Positions 10,317 through 20,037 are shown, numbered from the stretch's first letter. The stretch is DNA of 64,000 bases from an uncultured delta proteobacterium (GCA_963845145.1 CAWJQU010000017.1:128001-192000), one strand, 5' to 3'. Notes: generated from the sequence alone by a model not told the origin. Numbers and translations are program-made.

Positions 10317-11336
10317 TTAATCGTTGAATCTGTTTATAAACCAATAAGGATATCGCGGAGCGGGCTGCACGCTTACCATATTGAGCCGATCCATTTGATC
10401 GTCTGTTAACGACCATTCCAGCGTCTTTAAATTGTCTTCAAGCTGTTCCATCGTTTCGGCACCGGTGATGGGGCTGGTCACGCGGGGATGCTTCAGCAAC
10501 CAATTCAGCGCGACCTGGGATGGGGATTTACCGATCTCCTCGGAAATGGCAAAAACCTCATCAAGCACTTTCCAGGTGTGTTCGGTGTTGTAGTTGGTCC
10601 AGGATTCGCTCCAGCCGCCTTTTTCGGCCAGATCTATCCGGCTGTTTTCGGGTGCGCCCGCCATGCCTCTTTTTACCAAACCGGTTAACCATCCACCCCC
10701 CAAAGGACTCCAGCACATCAGTCCCAAGCCTTCATTTTCGCAAACGCTCAGAACGTCCCATTCAAGTTGGCGGTCCAGAAGGTTAAAACAAGCTTGCAGG
10801 TTGATCGGCTTAATCAATCCTTTAAGTTCGCACAGGTCCACCGCTTTTTGAAGCTGCCAACTGAGAAAATTACAGATCCCATAATGTCGTATTTTTCCGC
10901 TTTTAATCAATTGGTCCATGGTCGTCAGCGTCTCTTCGAGCGGCGTTTTTTGGTCCCAACAATGCAAAAGGTACAAGTCCACATAGTCGGTTTGCAGATT
11001 TTTCAGGCTTACCTCAATGGCATCCATAATATGCTTGCGGCCGTTGCCGGAATAATTCGGTCCGTTGCCGGGTCCGAAATACGAGGTATCAAAACAGACT
11101 TTGGTTGCAATGATAAAATCTTCACGGAGCTTGTTTTTCAACCATCGCCCAACCACGCCTTCGGTTTGCCCGTCAACATATACATCCGCAGTATCGATAA
11201 AATTGCCCCCTTTGGAAGCAAAGAAGTCAAGCATTTTATGACTGGCGGCCTCATCGGTCTGCCGTCCATACGTCATCGTTCCCAGGCAAAATTCACTCAC
11301 CATCAATCCGGATTTTCCAAGGTTACGATATTCCAT
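10317..11336 (-). CDS. Aldo/keto reductase
   Basis: LGKSGL.VS..CLGTM, DTADVY, IATK, DLYLLH, WSPLGGG, QVALNW. Confidence 0.92.
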   Translation of the reverse strand: MEYRNLGKSGLMVSEFCLGTMTYGRQTDEAASHKMLDFFASKGGNFIDTADVYVDGQTEGVVGRWLKNKLREDFIIATKVCFDTSYFGPGNGPNYSGNGRKHIMDAIEVSLKNLQTDYVDLYLLHCWDQKTPLEETLTTMDQLIKSGKIRHYGICNFLSWQLQKAVDLCELKGLIKPINLQACFNLLDRQLEWDVLSVCENEGLGLMCWSPLGGGWLTGLVKRGMAGAPENSRIDLAEKGGWSESWTNYNTEHTWKVLDEVFAISEEIGKSPSQVALNWLLKHPRVTSPITGAETMEQLEDNLKTLEWSLTDDQMDRLNMVSVQPAPRYPYWFINRFND

Positions 11337-11642
11337 TTTTCTCTCCATTTTATTGTGAATAGGGAAAATGTTTACAAATATAAAATCAAAATACTCGTTT
11401 TTTAAAGCGGATCACGCTGAACCTTGTACTGCAATATATGCATAATAATACCATAAACTGTATAAATATACAAATACGTGAAGACTTGCAAGGACTTTTT
11501 CGAAAAGCCTGATTCTTGGAGTCTTTAATTTTATGGGTATTCAGATAAAATTGAAGAATTGCCTCTTCTTTGAAAGATATTCAGTGGGCGGTTGGAATGG
11601 ATATAAATTTGGTTGGCCCATCTGCGGCGGATGAGTCGGATC

Positions 11643-11759
11643 TTTTTTAATCGCAGAATATCGAACCCTCCACAATTACGGCGGACAGGCAAGGAATTTC
11701 GAATGTCGAAGTGCCTCCCTCATCATTCTGCGGTTCCTTGTTCGCTATTCGATATTTGC
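11643..11759 (+). repeat. Gene-less heptad/IR element copy A, with 24-nt insert at 11666-11689
   Basis: Reverse complement of the element at 20688-20777. Confidence 0.9.
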
Positions 11760-11827
11760 TCTTTCATGAGTCATTTTGTTTTCCCTTCTGGAGATGACCA
11801 CCTATAAAAAAATGCACGCTAACGATC

Positions 11828-12196
11828 TCAATCCTCTACATCCTTATATACCTCTTTAAAAAATCGTGGCGTACAAATGGCCAAAAAGATCAAATCCTCC
11901 GAACCGATATTGGTGATGCGTTGGCGACAATCCGGCGGAATGAGGACAATATCACCGGGGTTCACTTCCTGCGGTGGTAACTCCCCAACCTCCACACGCC
12001 CTTTTCCACGAATGATGCAATAGCGTTCAGCCGTTTCTTTCAGCCGATGCCAACGTGTCGTAACGCCGGGCGCCACCCATGCCCGGGCAATAGAAACATC
12101 GGGATCGTCCGGTGTATTGGACAACTCTTTAATATAACACCGTTCCTGAGTATAAAATTCATTTTCAAGGTTTTGGTTCTTAATGACTGCTTTCAT
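11828..12196 (-). CDS. Cupin domain protein
   Basis: PG..T.WH.L...ERY.I..G.G, PGDIVLIPP..RQRI.N. Confidence 0.85.
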   Translation of the reverse strand: MKAVIKNQNLENEFYTQERCYIKELSNTPDDPDVSIARAWVAPGVTTRWHRLKETAERYCIIRGKGRVEVGELPPQEVNPGDIVLIPPDCRQRITNIGSEDLIFLAICTPRFFKEVYKDVED

Positions 12197-12343
12197 CCGT
12201 TTGACTCGTATATTTTGCATGGTTGTAGGTACCGGCCGTCTCACTAATGATAGACGCCATGTAAGGCGTTTTTATTATATCATGTCGCATCGACTCATCA
12301 AATAAAAGACCATAGACCTTTGCATGTCCAAATGAGAGTCTAT

Positions 12344-13099
12344 TTAAACCTCAATACTCAAATCGGCAATAAAACCCCCATTTAGCTCATTGGGAACATA
12401 TCCTCGAGGGTTGCAGATGATCCGCGTTTTACCGATACGATAGTCAAAAGAGTCATGGACATGTCCATGGACCCAAAGATCGATTTGCTTGTCCAAAATT
12501 AAGTTGCTCATTTCGGAGGCAAAGGCGGCACTGAGATGATCGCCTTTATAGCGTTCGGGTACCGATCTGCTGCTGGGGGCATGATGTGTGACGACAACCG
12601 TTTTTAGTTTATCGTTTGGGCTGGGAATGGTTTTCTCTGCCAACCATTGCTTGGTTTGGTTGTGCCATTTCACGGTATCCAGCGGCCCAAGCGGTATTTT
12701 TTCCGAGTTCAAATGGATTATCTTGAAGTCATTCATCATTCTTTGGGCTTTTAATGCGTCCATATCGGGATGGTTAAACAACTCAAAATCGGTCCAAAGC
12801 GTGCAGCCTAAAAAACGCACCTGACCCATTATAAATTCCTCATTTTCCAGAACATGGACATTTGTCCCTGCCGCTTTTGCTCTGATCTTTTCGGTAACTT
12901 CCGGTATCTCGCCATGATAGTATTCGTGATTTCCGATCACATAGATGACCTCTTTTTCTTTGAAATTTTCAACGGCCCAGTCAATGCCTTGATCACCGAT
13001 ATGAATATCACCGGCTAAAACAACCACATCCGCATCTGTCTCTAGGGGATTAAAATTACCAAATTCAATGTGTAAATCGCTTAAAATGCCCAGTTTCAT
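12344..13099 (-). CDS. Calcineurin-like metallophosphoesterase
   Basis: SDLH, AGDI, GNHEYY, VTHHAP, HGHVH. Confidence 0.92.
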   Translation of the reverse strand: MKLGILSDLHIEFGNFNPLETDADVVVLAGDIHIGDQGIDWAVENFKEKEVIYVIGNHEYYHGEIPEVTEKIRAKAAGTNVHVLENEEFIMGQVRFLGCTLWTDFELFNHPDMDALKAQRMMNDFKIIHLNSEKIPLGPLDTVKWHNQTKQWLAEKTIPSPNDKLKTVVVTHHAPSSRSVPERYKGDHLSAAFASEMSNLILDKQIDLWVHGHVHDSFDYRIGKTRIICNPRGYVPNELNGGFIADLSIEV

Positions 13100-13155
13100 A
13101 TCGAATGACGCCCCTTTCACAACCGAAGGCTATATAGAGGTTATAAACACTGACT

Positions 13156-13599
13156 TCAGCGTATTGTCCTGAATCCATCGCTCCAAACCAGAGCTCGGTA
13201 GCAAGGCCCATTGGTATCGCTGCACTCAGAGGAATGTACTGCAAGCAAGAGTACTTTCTGTCCATCTACATCCACAATTCGCCATTTGTGTGCAAGAAAC
13301 TCGTGTGTTTTTCCATCTACGACCACCCACACAAACGTTCCACCGGAGCCGCCCCACATGGAAGCTGATGTTGAACAGGAGAACTGTGATGCGTCTACAA
13401 CCTCTTCCGGCCGACCATCACCCGTAAAGTCATGCAATGTGATTGTATGCTCCGTCGCATTGAATTTCCCTCGCTCAAAACTGGCACATTCGTTTTTAGC
13501 CTTTTGGACTATATCTGTTGCAATAGTCAGGTGCTCACCGCCTATTACGGTTGAGGAAAAACATAGAAGCACAATGATAGTAAATAGTATGACTTTCAT
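13156..13599 (-). CDS. Secreted hypothetical protein
   Basis: Signal-peptide-like N-terminus, several Cys, DFTGDG motif. Confidence 0.7.
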   Translation of the reverse strand: MKVILFTIIVLLCFSSTVIGGEHLTIATDIVQKAKNECASFERGKFNATEHTITLHDFTGDGRPEEVVDASQFSCSTSASMWGGSGGTFVWVVVDGKTHEFLAHKWRIVDVDGQKVLLLAVHSSECSDTNGPCYRALVWSDGFRTIR

Positions 13600-13626
13600 C
13601 TCGAATTTCTTCCATTAGTATATGTC

Positions 13627-13686
13627 GCTTAACGCTTGAATTGAAGAGTGGTGCTTTATTCCATTTCCTCCAATGATTTGTTATGG
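13627..13686 (-). other. attC-like integron cassette recombination site
   Basis: Minus strand CCATAAC-aaatc-ATTGGAGG...CTTCAAT-tcaagc-GTTAAGC, 60 bp, R'' box overlaps the upstream gene stop. Confidence 0.6.
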
Positions 13687-14139
13687 TAATTTTTTTTGCT
13701 TTCGTAAGTTTTTTGCATCCTCAATATCTTTTGGTCGCCCGGTCGATTCCTTGTTTTTGATTAAGTCATCAATCGATAATATGTTTATGGAGATCCCTTC
13801 AATTTCGACTTTAATGGATCTTTTCATAGCATCTTCAAATACTATTTTGCCTGATATTTCAGTAATGATGTCAATTCTACAGGGCGCAACACCGATTTGA
13901 AAAACGATGCCCTTCTCTTTAAAAGTCGCTTCATCAATATCATTGAGAGGTGCGCCAAATTGTGCTAATGCTTTGTAAATATTTTGGGAGTTAATTCCGT
14001 TTGGAGCGACCCAAATATCAATATCAAGAGTACTTCGCGGATAACCCTGAGCTGCTAATGCATGTGCTCCAACAAGAATAAAATTGACATCATGATCTTT
14101 TAAGATTTGCAACATTTCTTTGTAATCTTGATTTAGCAT
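13681..14139 (-). CDS. Nucleotidyltransferase-fold protein (DUF6036-like)
   Basis: VGAHAL...R.T.DIDI, RIDI, L..NK..TGR.KD..D. Confidence 0.8.
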   Translation of the reverse strand: MLNQDYKEMLQILKDHDVNFILVGAHALAAQGYPRSTLDIDIWVAPNGINSQNIYKALAQFGAPLNDIDEATFKEKGIVFQIGVAPCRIDIITEISGKIVFEDAMKRSIKVEIEGISINILSIDDLIKNKESTGRPKDIEDAKNLRKQKKLP

Positions 14140-14290
14140 CTATTTCTCCTTTCTTTGATATCGACCATAATTCAACTGTAATATCCCATACCATTGATAG
14201 ACGGTCTTTCATTGAAGCTTCAACATAATCATCATCAACAATATCTTTCATCTTAGATAATTTAGCGACACTTCTATTTAATTTCATCAC
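14090..14290 (-). CDS. Small hypothetical protein upstream of the nucleotidyltransferase
   Basis: 66-aa ORF with AAAGGA RBS, overlaps the NTase start. Confidence 0.55.
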   Translation of the reverse strand: MMKLNRSVAKLSKMKDIVDDDYVEASMKDRLSMVWDITVELWSISKKGEIDAKSRLQRNVANLKRS

Positions 14291-14874
14291 GATCCTTTCA
14301 TTCTAATCAATAATAGCGTTTCTAAGTGAGCTTTTGGGAAAATTTCGTTATAACTATCTCGAAAGTAAAACAACCTACTGACATCGCTCATTCCCGTAGT
14401 CTCTATCTTTGGTTCTTCTCCAACTAATTTGGAGAAGAACCAAATATACAGATGCCCCGACATGGGATGATCGTGTTCTGCCCCTTTTTCGAGCGACACC
14501 TTAACTGGATGTTTACGCCCAGGCGGGAACCGATTGCTTTGATTGCGCCGAAATAAGGGAACCGAAATATATTCTGAAGCTACCCCATGGTGGCACGCTG
14601 ATTGTTAAAGATCGACTTGGTCCACCTATGGTGGACTAATCTCTATAGATGTCGTAGATCTGCCTTTGGGGGATTTGGTGCAGACACGTTAGAAAAACGT
14701 GCTGAATCCCACGATAGAAGACGAAAGCCAGAAAGAACGAGTCGTTTGTCAAGAACGCTGATTCGAAGACGGAAACTTTTTTCATTATTTTGTTATTTCC
14801 GATCTATTGGGGACCCTTTTCTCTTGAGAACCGAAGGCCGTTTAGAGGTTATGCGATATTTCTGGGCAAAACGT

Positions 14875-15189
14875 TTATAGTTTCTCACCTTCTGCGATTG
14901 CCGAAAAAACTTCTTCCATATCCGCTCTTACAATATCAACACATTCAATGACATCTTCTGGAGCGTCGTTTTGTACTGAAATGTTTTGCACTAAGAGAAA
15001 AGTTTCTTTCATCAGCTTTAGATTTCTCACACATTCCCAGCTCATGGCCTCATCTATATGAAAGAGCAGTTTATCTGAACCTGGAAAGTCGAAACTTCTG
15101 ACAACAGCATCTCTTAAATTACCCCAAGCACCTTGCAAGTCAGAGAGCGCCGTTTTGTAATATCCAGTAGGTTCCGTGGTAAATGCCAT
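14875..15189 (-). CDS. Hypothetical acidic helical protein
   Basis: 104-aa ORF with CAGGA RBS; no motif recognised. Confidence 0.6.
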   Translation of the reverse strand: MAFTTEPTGYYKTALSDLQGAWGNLRDAVVRSFDFPGSDKLLFHIDEAMSWECVRNLKLMKETFLLVQNISVQNDAPEDVIECVDIVRADMEEVFSAIAEGEKL

Positions 15190-15242
15190 TTTGATAAATC
15201 CTGTATTTTCTGTATTTGAAGTTATTCCCGGTGAACCCCGGA

Positions 15243-17894
15243 TTAACCCTTCCCGACACCCACCATGTGGGCCAGTGATTTGGCCATATTCTTTAAAAAG
15301 GCCTCATTGGGTAGTGAAATCGTCATTTCGAGTTTCCCGTCGTCAGTTTTTTCCAGACATCGGCTCAATTTCTCTTCGAATGCACCGGTGAGACGGGTAA
15401 TGTCTTCAGATTCCTCTTGTTCGGCAAACATCTCCCCGATAAAGGCAAACGCCGCGCCCACGAGTTGTCCGCCGGCGGCGGCGATCTTTCTTTTTTTGTT
15501 CAGCTTCAGGGTTTCTTCTTCAACGGCAGCTTGCATGCTTTCGTCTTTGGCGGTTTCCGGCCTGGTTCCCAACAGAATCTCCAGACGGCGTTTTAATTCT
15601 TCCATACCGGCGGCTAAAGTCACTTCTGATATTTCGGATTCCTGATCGAGAACCGCCAGAGAAAGCTCGGCTTTGGCGGACAGGGTGGCCAGTAAGTTTT
15701 CTTCCAGGGTATCTTTGGTGACGAGTATATAGACCTGGACAGGACGTTTTTGGCCCATGCGATGGACCCGGCCGATGCGTTGTTCCAGGACCGCCGGATT
15801 CCAGGGCAGATCGACATTGATCACTGTGTCGGCGGATTGGAGGTTGATGCCTGTTGAACCGGCATTGGTGGTAATGAAGACCTGGCAGTCCGGGTCATTT
15901 TTAAACTGGTGCATCAATCCCTGGCGCTTTTTCTGGGGAACGGAACCATCCAGGCGCACAAACCCGGCTTTGTATTTTTCCAACAAGGGTTCAATAAGGT
16001 TGAGCATCGTCGTCCATTCCGAGAAGAGGACGATTTTACGACCCTTTTCGTTTAAGAGCTGGTCCAGCAGTTGATCGAGTTCCGCCAGTTTGCTGGAGTA
16101 GCCCGGCGGTTGTTTGTCTACCAGAAAAGTGCTGTCCGCGCACATGCGGCACATGAGTAGCGCCTTTCTGAGGCGTAACAGATCCATCTCCGTTAAATAT
16201 TTTTTACAGATGATGGTTTGAATAATTCGGGCATTGCCGCTGTTAATATCCTGCTGTTCTTCTGTGGGGGGGATTCGCAGGATGTTGGTGGTTCGTGGGG
16301 GAAGGTCGTCCATGACCGTTTGACGCGTGCGGCGCAACATAACCGGTTTTAACTTTTTACGCAGTTGATCTAAATTTTTATACCCGAGAACTTTGCCCTT
16401 TTCATCGACCACTTTGTGGCGGTTGAAAAATCGAAAAGCCGGTCCCAGGCGACGATCATCGATAAATTCCACCACGGAGAAAAGCTCATCAATCCGGTTT
16501 TCAAGCGGGGTGCCGGAAAGCACCAGGGCGAAAGTCGATTTTAAGGCCTTGACCATGCGGCTGGTTTTGGCTTCCCAGTTTTTAATCCGTTGCCCCTCAT
16601 CCAGGATGATCAGATCCCATTTTACCTGTTCAATGGAGAGGTAGTCCCGCAGTACCTGCTCGTAATTGCATACAGTGAAAAAATCATCGCTGTGGTACTG
16701 CTGTGCACGCTGTTCGGCACTGCCCAAAATCAGGTTGCAGCTGCGATGGCTGAAGCGCTCGATTTCAATCCGCCATTGGGATTTTAAGGAAGCGGGGCAG
16801 ATCACAAGGACTTTTTCAACCGATGCATGGCGTGATAAAAGTTCTGCCACACCGATCCCCTGGATGGTTTTTCCGAGCCCCATATCATCGGCCAGAACCG
16901 CTCGCCCGGCCCCCACGGCAAAGGCGATACCGTCCATCTGGTAGGGTAGCAGTTCGGCATTCAGCAATGTTTTGCGAAGCGGGTGATTGGTTGGATCATT
17001 TCGTATATCGGTTACTACCTGGTCGATATTTTCCTGAAACAGTTTGTGATTCATATATTCTTCGGCATCCGGGTAAATCGTGACCCTCGATCCGGCCATT
17101 TCCACGTTATGAATACAGCGGGTCAACGCCTTGATATCGCTGATTGGTTTTTCCCTGAATGGGAAGAGGTATCGTTCGACTTCCGGATTCGGTTTTTTGG
17201 GTATCAAAAGACGGAGCTCCAGCTTACGGCCGTATTTCAAGTAGACGGAAATCTCACGGATAACGGCGGGTTTTTTCCGAATCGACCGTTTGAACCTTTT
17301 TTTAACCTTCATCAAGGCATGCAGGATGTGTTTGCAGGTGCCCAGCGTATTTTTGCGGAAATCGGGGCATGTGCAATACGATTCTCCGGGCTCCCGGCCC
17401 CTCAACGCAATACGGTAGCTTTTCCCGGACGCATGGTTGGTGACAATATAATCGGTCCAGGGCAACTTCGGATCAATGGATTTGAGGCGCATTTTCTCTG
17501 TCGTGGCCCGTTCCCGCCGATCATCAACGGCCTGTTTTATCAAATCCTTCTCAGATAGGCTTTCCATGGGAACGCGTTCGGGCGGGGGGGCGGCAAGCCC
17601 CAAAGAGAGCTTCTCTTCGAGAATTAAAGACAGCGCCGCCCCCTGGTGCTCGCAGACACTGGAACAGCATTGGCAATCAATTTTAAGTCGTCGGGGGTGG
17701 GCTGAATGACGTGTGATTTGGACTTTGGTATCACCGAGATTTAAAGTGAAACATTCATTGCTCAGCTTGACTTGGTCGAAGGGGTCGATATCCCATTTCC
17801 CTCCCTGTAAAATAAGCTTTTCACCTTCCGGTCCCAATAATTTGCAGGCCTGAAGGTAGGTAAGATGAGATAATTTGTCTTTTAATGTGGTCAT
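15243..17894 (-). CDS. SNF2-family helicase with N-terminal SWIM zinc finger(s)
   Basis: CTCPDF...CKH, LADDMGLGKT, LDEGQRIKN, LSGTPLEN, QRIGRVHRMGQ. Confidence 0.93.
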   Translation of the reverse strand: MTTLKDKLSHLTYLQACKLLGPEGEKLILQGGKWDIDPFDQVKLSNECFTLNLGDTKVQITRHSAHPRRLKIDCQCCSSVCEHQGAALSLILEEKLSLGLAAPPPERVPMESLSEKDLIKQAVDDRRERATTEKMRLKSIDPKLPWTDYIVTNHASGKSYRIALRGREPGESYCTCPDFRKNTLGTCKHILHALMKVKKRFKRSIRKKPAVIREISVYLKYGRKLELRLLIPKKPNPEVERYLFPFREKPISDIKALTRCIHNVEMAGSRVTIYPDAEEYMNHKLFQENIDQVVTDIRNDPTNHPLRKTLLNAELLPYQMDGIAFAVGAGRAVLADDMGLGKTIQGIGVAELLSRHASVEKVLVICPASLKSQWRIEIERFSHRSCNLILGSAEQRAQQYHSDDFFTVCNYEQVLRDYLSIEQVKWDLIILDEGQRIKNWEAKTSRMVKALKSTFALVLSGTPLENRIDELFSVVEFIDDRRLGPAFRFFNRHKVVDEKGKVLGYKNLDQLRKKLKPVMLRRTRQTVMDDLPPRTTNILRIPPTEEQQDINSGNARIIQTIICKKYLTEMDLLRLRKALLMCRMCADSTFLVDKQPPGYSSKLAELDQLLDQLLNEKGRKIVLFSEWTTMLNLIEPLLEKYKAGFVRLDGSVPQKKRQGLMHQFKNDPDCQVFITTNAGSTGINLQSADTVINVDLPWNPAVLEQRIGRVHRMGQKRPVQVYILVTKDTLEENLLATLSAKAELSLAVLDQESEISEVTLAAGMEELKRRLEILLGTRPETAKDESMQAAVEEETLKLNKKRKIAAAGGQLVGAAFAFIGEMFAEQEESEDITRLTGAFEEKLSRCLEKTDDGKLEMTISLPNEAFLKNMAKSLAHMVGVGKG

Positions 17895-17978
17895 TCGTTA
17901 AACTCCGGAAATGATGATTTTAGTAAATGTAATGACGACCGCTGTGGCCAAAGCGCGGGGTACGGAGCCGTAAAAGCC

Positions 17979-18377
17979 TTATTCCCACCGATCATGATCA
18001 ACACGTTCCAGGTCGATGTAGTCCACCTGCCCGCGCTTATCAATAAAAGAGGTCAGCACCCAGCTGACCAGGCTGATGAACAGCGACCCGAAAACGGCCG
18101 ACCAGAAACCGTAAACGTTAAAACCGGGAATCAGGCCGGAGACCATCATCAAAAGCATGGCGTTGATGATGAAGGTAAAGAGTCCCAGACTGAGGATGTT
18201 GATGGGAAGGGTCAGGACCAACAGGATCGGCCGAAAAAAGGCATTTAACAATCCGAGGATGGCGGCGGCAAAAAAGGCTGAGAAAAATCCGGAGATCCGA
18301 ATGCCGTCGAGGAGATAGGCGGTGATGATAATCGCGATGGTCAAAATGAGCCATCGGATGAGAAGTCCGATTCGCAT
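17979..18377 (-). CDS. Phage holin family (YvlD-like 4-TM) membrane protein
   Basis: LLNAFFRPIL.VLTLPINILSLGLF.FIINA signature. Confidence 0.85.
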   Translation of the reverse strand: MRIGLLIRWLILTIAIIITAYLLDGIRISGFFSAFFAAAILGLLNAFFRPILLVLTLPINILSLGLFTFIINAMLLMMVSGLIPGFNVYGFWSAVFGSLFISLVSWVLTSFIDKRGQVDYIDLERVDHDRWE

Positions 18378-18400
18378 GTGTTCTCCATTCTTCTCGAGGT

Positions 18401-18817
18401 TTATACGCCGGACACCTTCAAGGCGTAATTGGAAAAATCAATCAACTCATCCAGATGGTTCTCAATGACTTCGACCATCAATTCGATATCCAGTCTCTGG
18501 TATTCATGAACTAGCGTATTTCGAAAACCGATCATCTTCTCGAGGTTTTTCGCCAATTCGGCAGGGATCATGCCATGTTGTGCCAGCATTTTAAACCCTT
18601 CTTTGCTTTCCTTAGGGAGTCCGAGCTTTTTTAGCTTTACGATGTGGTTTGCCAGGCCAATACACTGTTCGCAGGCGCGTTGCAGATTCGCGGCGATGGC
18701 GTCTTGTTTCAAATGATCTGTTTCAAATGGTTTATCACTGGGCAGGGAATAGTAAGTGCGGATCTGTTTGACGCAGCGCTCAATACTCTCTTTTTTGTTT
18801 AAAGCAACATCACTCAT
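18401..18817 (-). CDS. hepT: HEPN (DUF86) RNase toxin, type VII TA
   Basis: RX4HXY motif (RNTLVHEY); coupled to MNT gene. Confidence 0.88.
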   Translation of the reverse strand: MSDVALNKKESIERCVKQIRTYYSLPSDKPFETDHLKQDAIAANLQRACEQCIGLANHIVKLKKLGLPKESKEGFKMLAQHGMIPAELAKNLEKMIGFRNTLVHEYQRLDIELMVEVIENHLDELIDFSNYALKVSGV

Positions 18818-19227
18818 GGCATGATTACCCTTCCGCTACGCCTGATTTCTTCTAAAATTCCCGCTCTTTCCTCGTTCAATTTCTGATAATAAGAGATAGT
18901 CAACATCTCAAACTCATCGGCGGCATAGCTGTCGGCCGTATGGATCCGACGATCAGCGGCAACAATCTCTTTTTGGAGAATCGTCGACACCCGGCGTAGA
19001 TTGATTAGATCCACATCTTTTTTGAGCAACCTCTCCAAATCAAATCGCAGATCGGACATCACCAACGTTCCGACCGTTTTGGCCTGCTCGTGGTTTATAA
19101 GCAGGGCAATATCAATATCGCTGTCCGGCAATTGATCATCGGTCCCGTAAGTTCCAAAAAGATAGATGGCCTGAACTTCAGGGTAGTGTTTCAGTATTGT
19201 TTGTATGATTTGTTTTTGATAGCTCAT
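18814..19227 (-). CDS. mntA: Minimal nucleotidyltransferase antitoxin
   Basis: YLFGT-X10-DID, VDLI; upstream of HEPN gene. Confidence 0.88.
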   Translation of the reverse strand: MSYQKQIIQTILKHYPEVQAIYLFGTYGTDDQLPDSDIDIALLINHEQAKTVGTLVMSDLRFDLERLLKKDVDLINLRRVSTILQKEIVAADRRIHTADSYAADEFEMLTISYYQKLNEERAGILEEIRRSGRVIMP

Positions 19228-19619
19228 ATCGTTTTACCATTAAATACAGGATATCTCCTGGCTTTTCCCAGCCGTTGATCGAGTGTCACCAATTCGCCGT
19301 CAAGAAAATGGGTAACCCAAAGGTAGCTGGCATCGTAAGTCGTCAGATTTGTTTTTCGGGCCAGTTGAATCACTTCGACATGATCAACGGCCAACATTTC
19401 AATGTTCAGACGGTCAACGAGGCAGAATGCCTCTATGATCAGATTAGCCTTGTGCGGCTCGGTTCGTATCTTTTTCAAACAAATACTGGCCATTTCATAT
19501 TGTAGCAAGGAGGGCGCCGCCAAAGAAAATCCATCTAATACCTCAGCCATTTTTTCAGCTTCCGGCTCACCGAAAACCATCGCACCCAGGGCCGATGCAT
19601 CGACAACCTTAATGCGCAT
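19224..19619 (-). CDS. vapC: PIN-domain VapC-family toxin
   Basis: VVDASA, YE, YDASYL, LVTLD. Confidence 0.88.
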   Translation of the reverse strand: MRIKVVDASALGAMVFGEPEAEKMAEVLDGFSLAAPSLLQYEMASICLKKIRTEPHKANLIIEAFCLVDRLNIEMLAVDHVEVIQLARKTNLTTYDASYLWVTHFLDGELVTLDQRLGKARRYPVFNGKTI

Positions 19620-19845
19620 CCCGTTCCTCTCTGACTATTTGTCGCGATTGGGCAGGGGTTAGAAGCCCTTTTTCGCGTATTTTAGCCAAAAATTCACGCG
19701 GCGTCAGGCCTGCTTCCTTTTGTGTCGCATTTTGAAGAATCGTCATTAATTCTCCTTGCAACGAACGATGATTTCGGGAAGCTCTTTGTCGTAATTTATC
19801 GGCGATATCATCAGGCACATTTTTAATTGATAAATTAACGGTCAT
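19609..19845 (-). CDS. FitA/Arc-like ribbon-helix-helix antitoxin
   Basis: LSIKNVPD....LR.RA..NHRSL.GE; overlaps vapC start. Confidence 0.85.
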   Translation of the reverse strand: MTVNLSIKNVPDDIADKLRQRASRNHRSLQGELMTILQNATQKEAGLTPREFLAKIREKGLLTPAQSRQIVREERDAH

Positions 19846-19943
19846 TTTTCTCTCCTTACAAGATCTGTTTTGAATCTAATATAGAACCATTTCGAATGGA
19901 AGGCAACCATTTAACCATGGTTTATCCCAAGTAGATCAATAAT

Positions 19944-19975
19944 ATTTACATTAAATTTACATTGACATTTACATT
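19944..19975 (+). promoter_or_regulatory. Three ATTTACATT direct repeats overlapping TTGACA; candidate LexA operator/promoter
   Basis: Exact copies at 19944, 19955, 19967; TTGACA at 19962-19967. Confidence 0.6.
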
Positions 19976-20037
19976 AAGGCCGAAATAACATAAAACCCAA
20001 CCCTAAAGTAAGGTAACGAATCGCGGTGGAGGTTTCC

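Noticed and set aside
11458..11473. CTGTATAAATATACAA resembling an E. coli SOS box
   Set aside because: One mismatch, AT-rich context, and the local LexA does not look gammaproteobacterial; it may be another regulator's palindrome.
11613..11807. Short ORFs sharing MSKCLPHHSAVPCS-like peptides (also 20242-20742, 22874-23428)
   Set aside because: They are by-products of the repeat element read through its retained ATG; no evidence of coding.
14287..14880. ORFs 14287-14499 and 14602-14880 and further attC-like fragments near 14635-14692
   Set aside because: No recognisable motifs; the box pairing is too weak to call.
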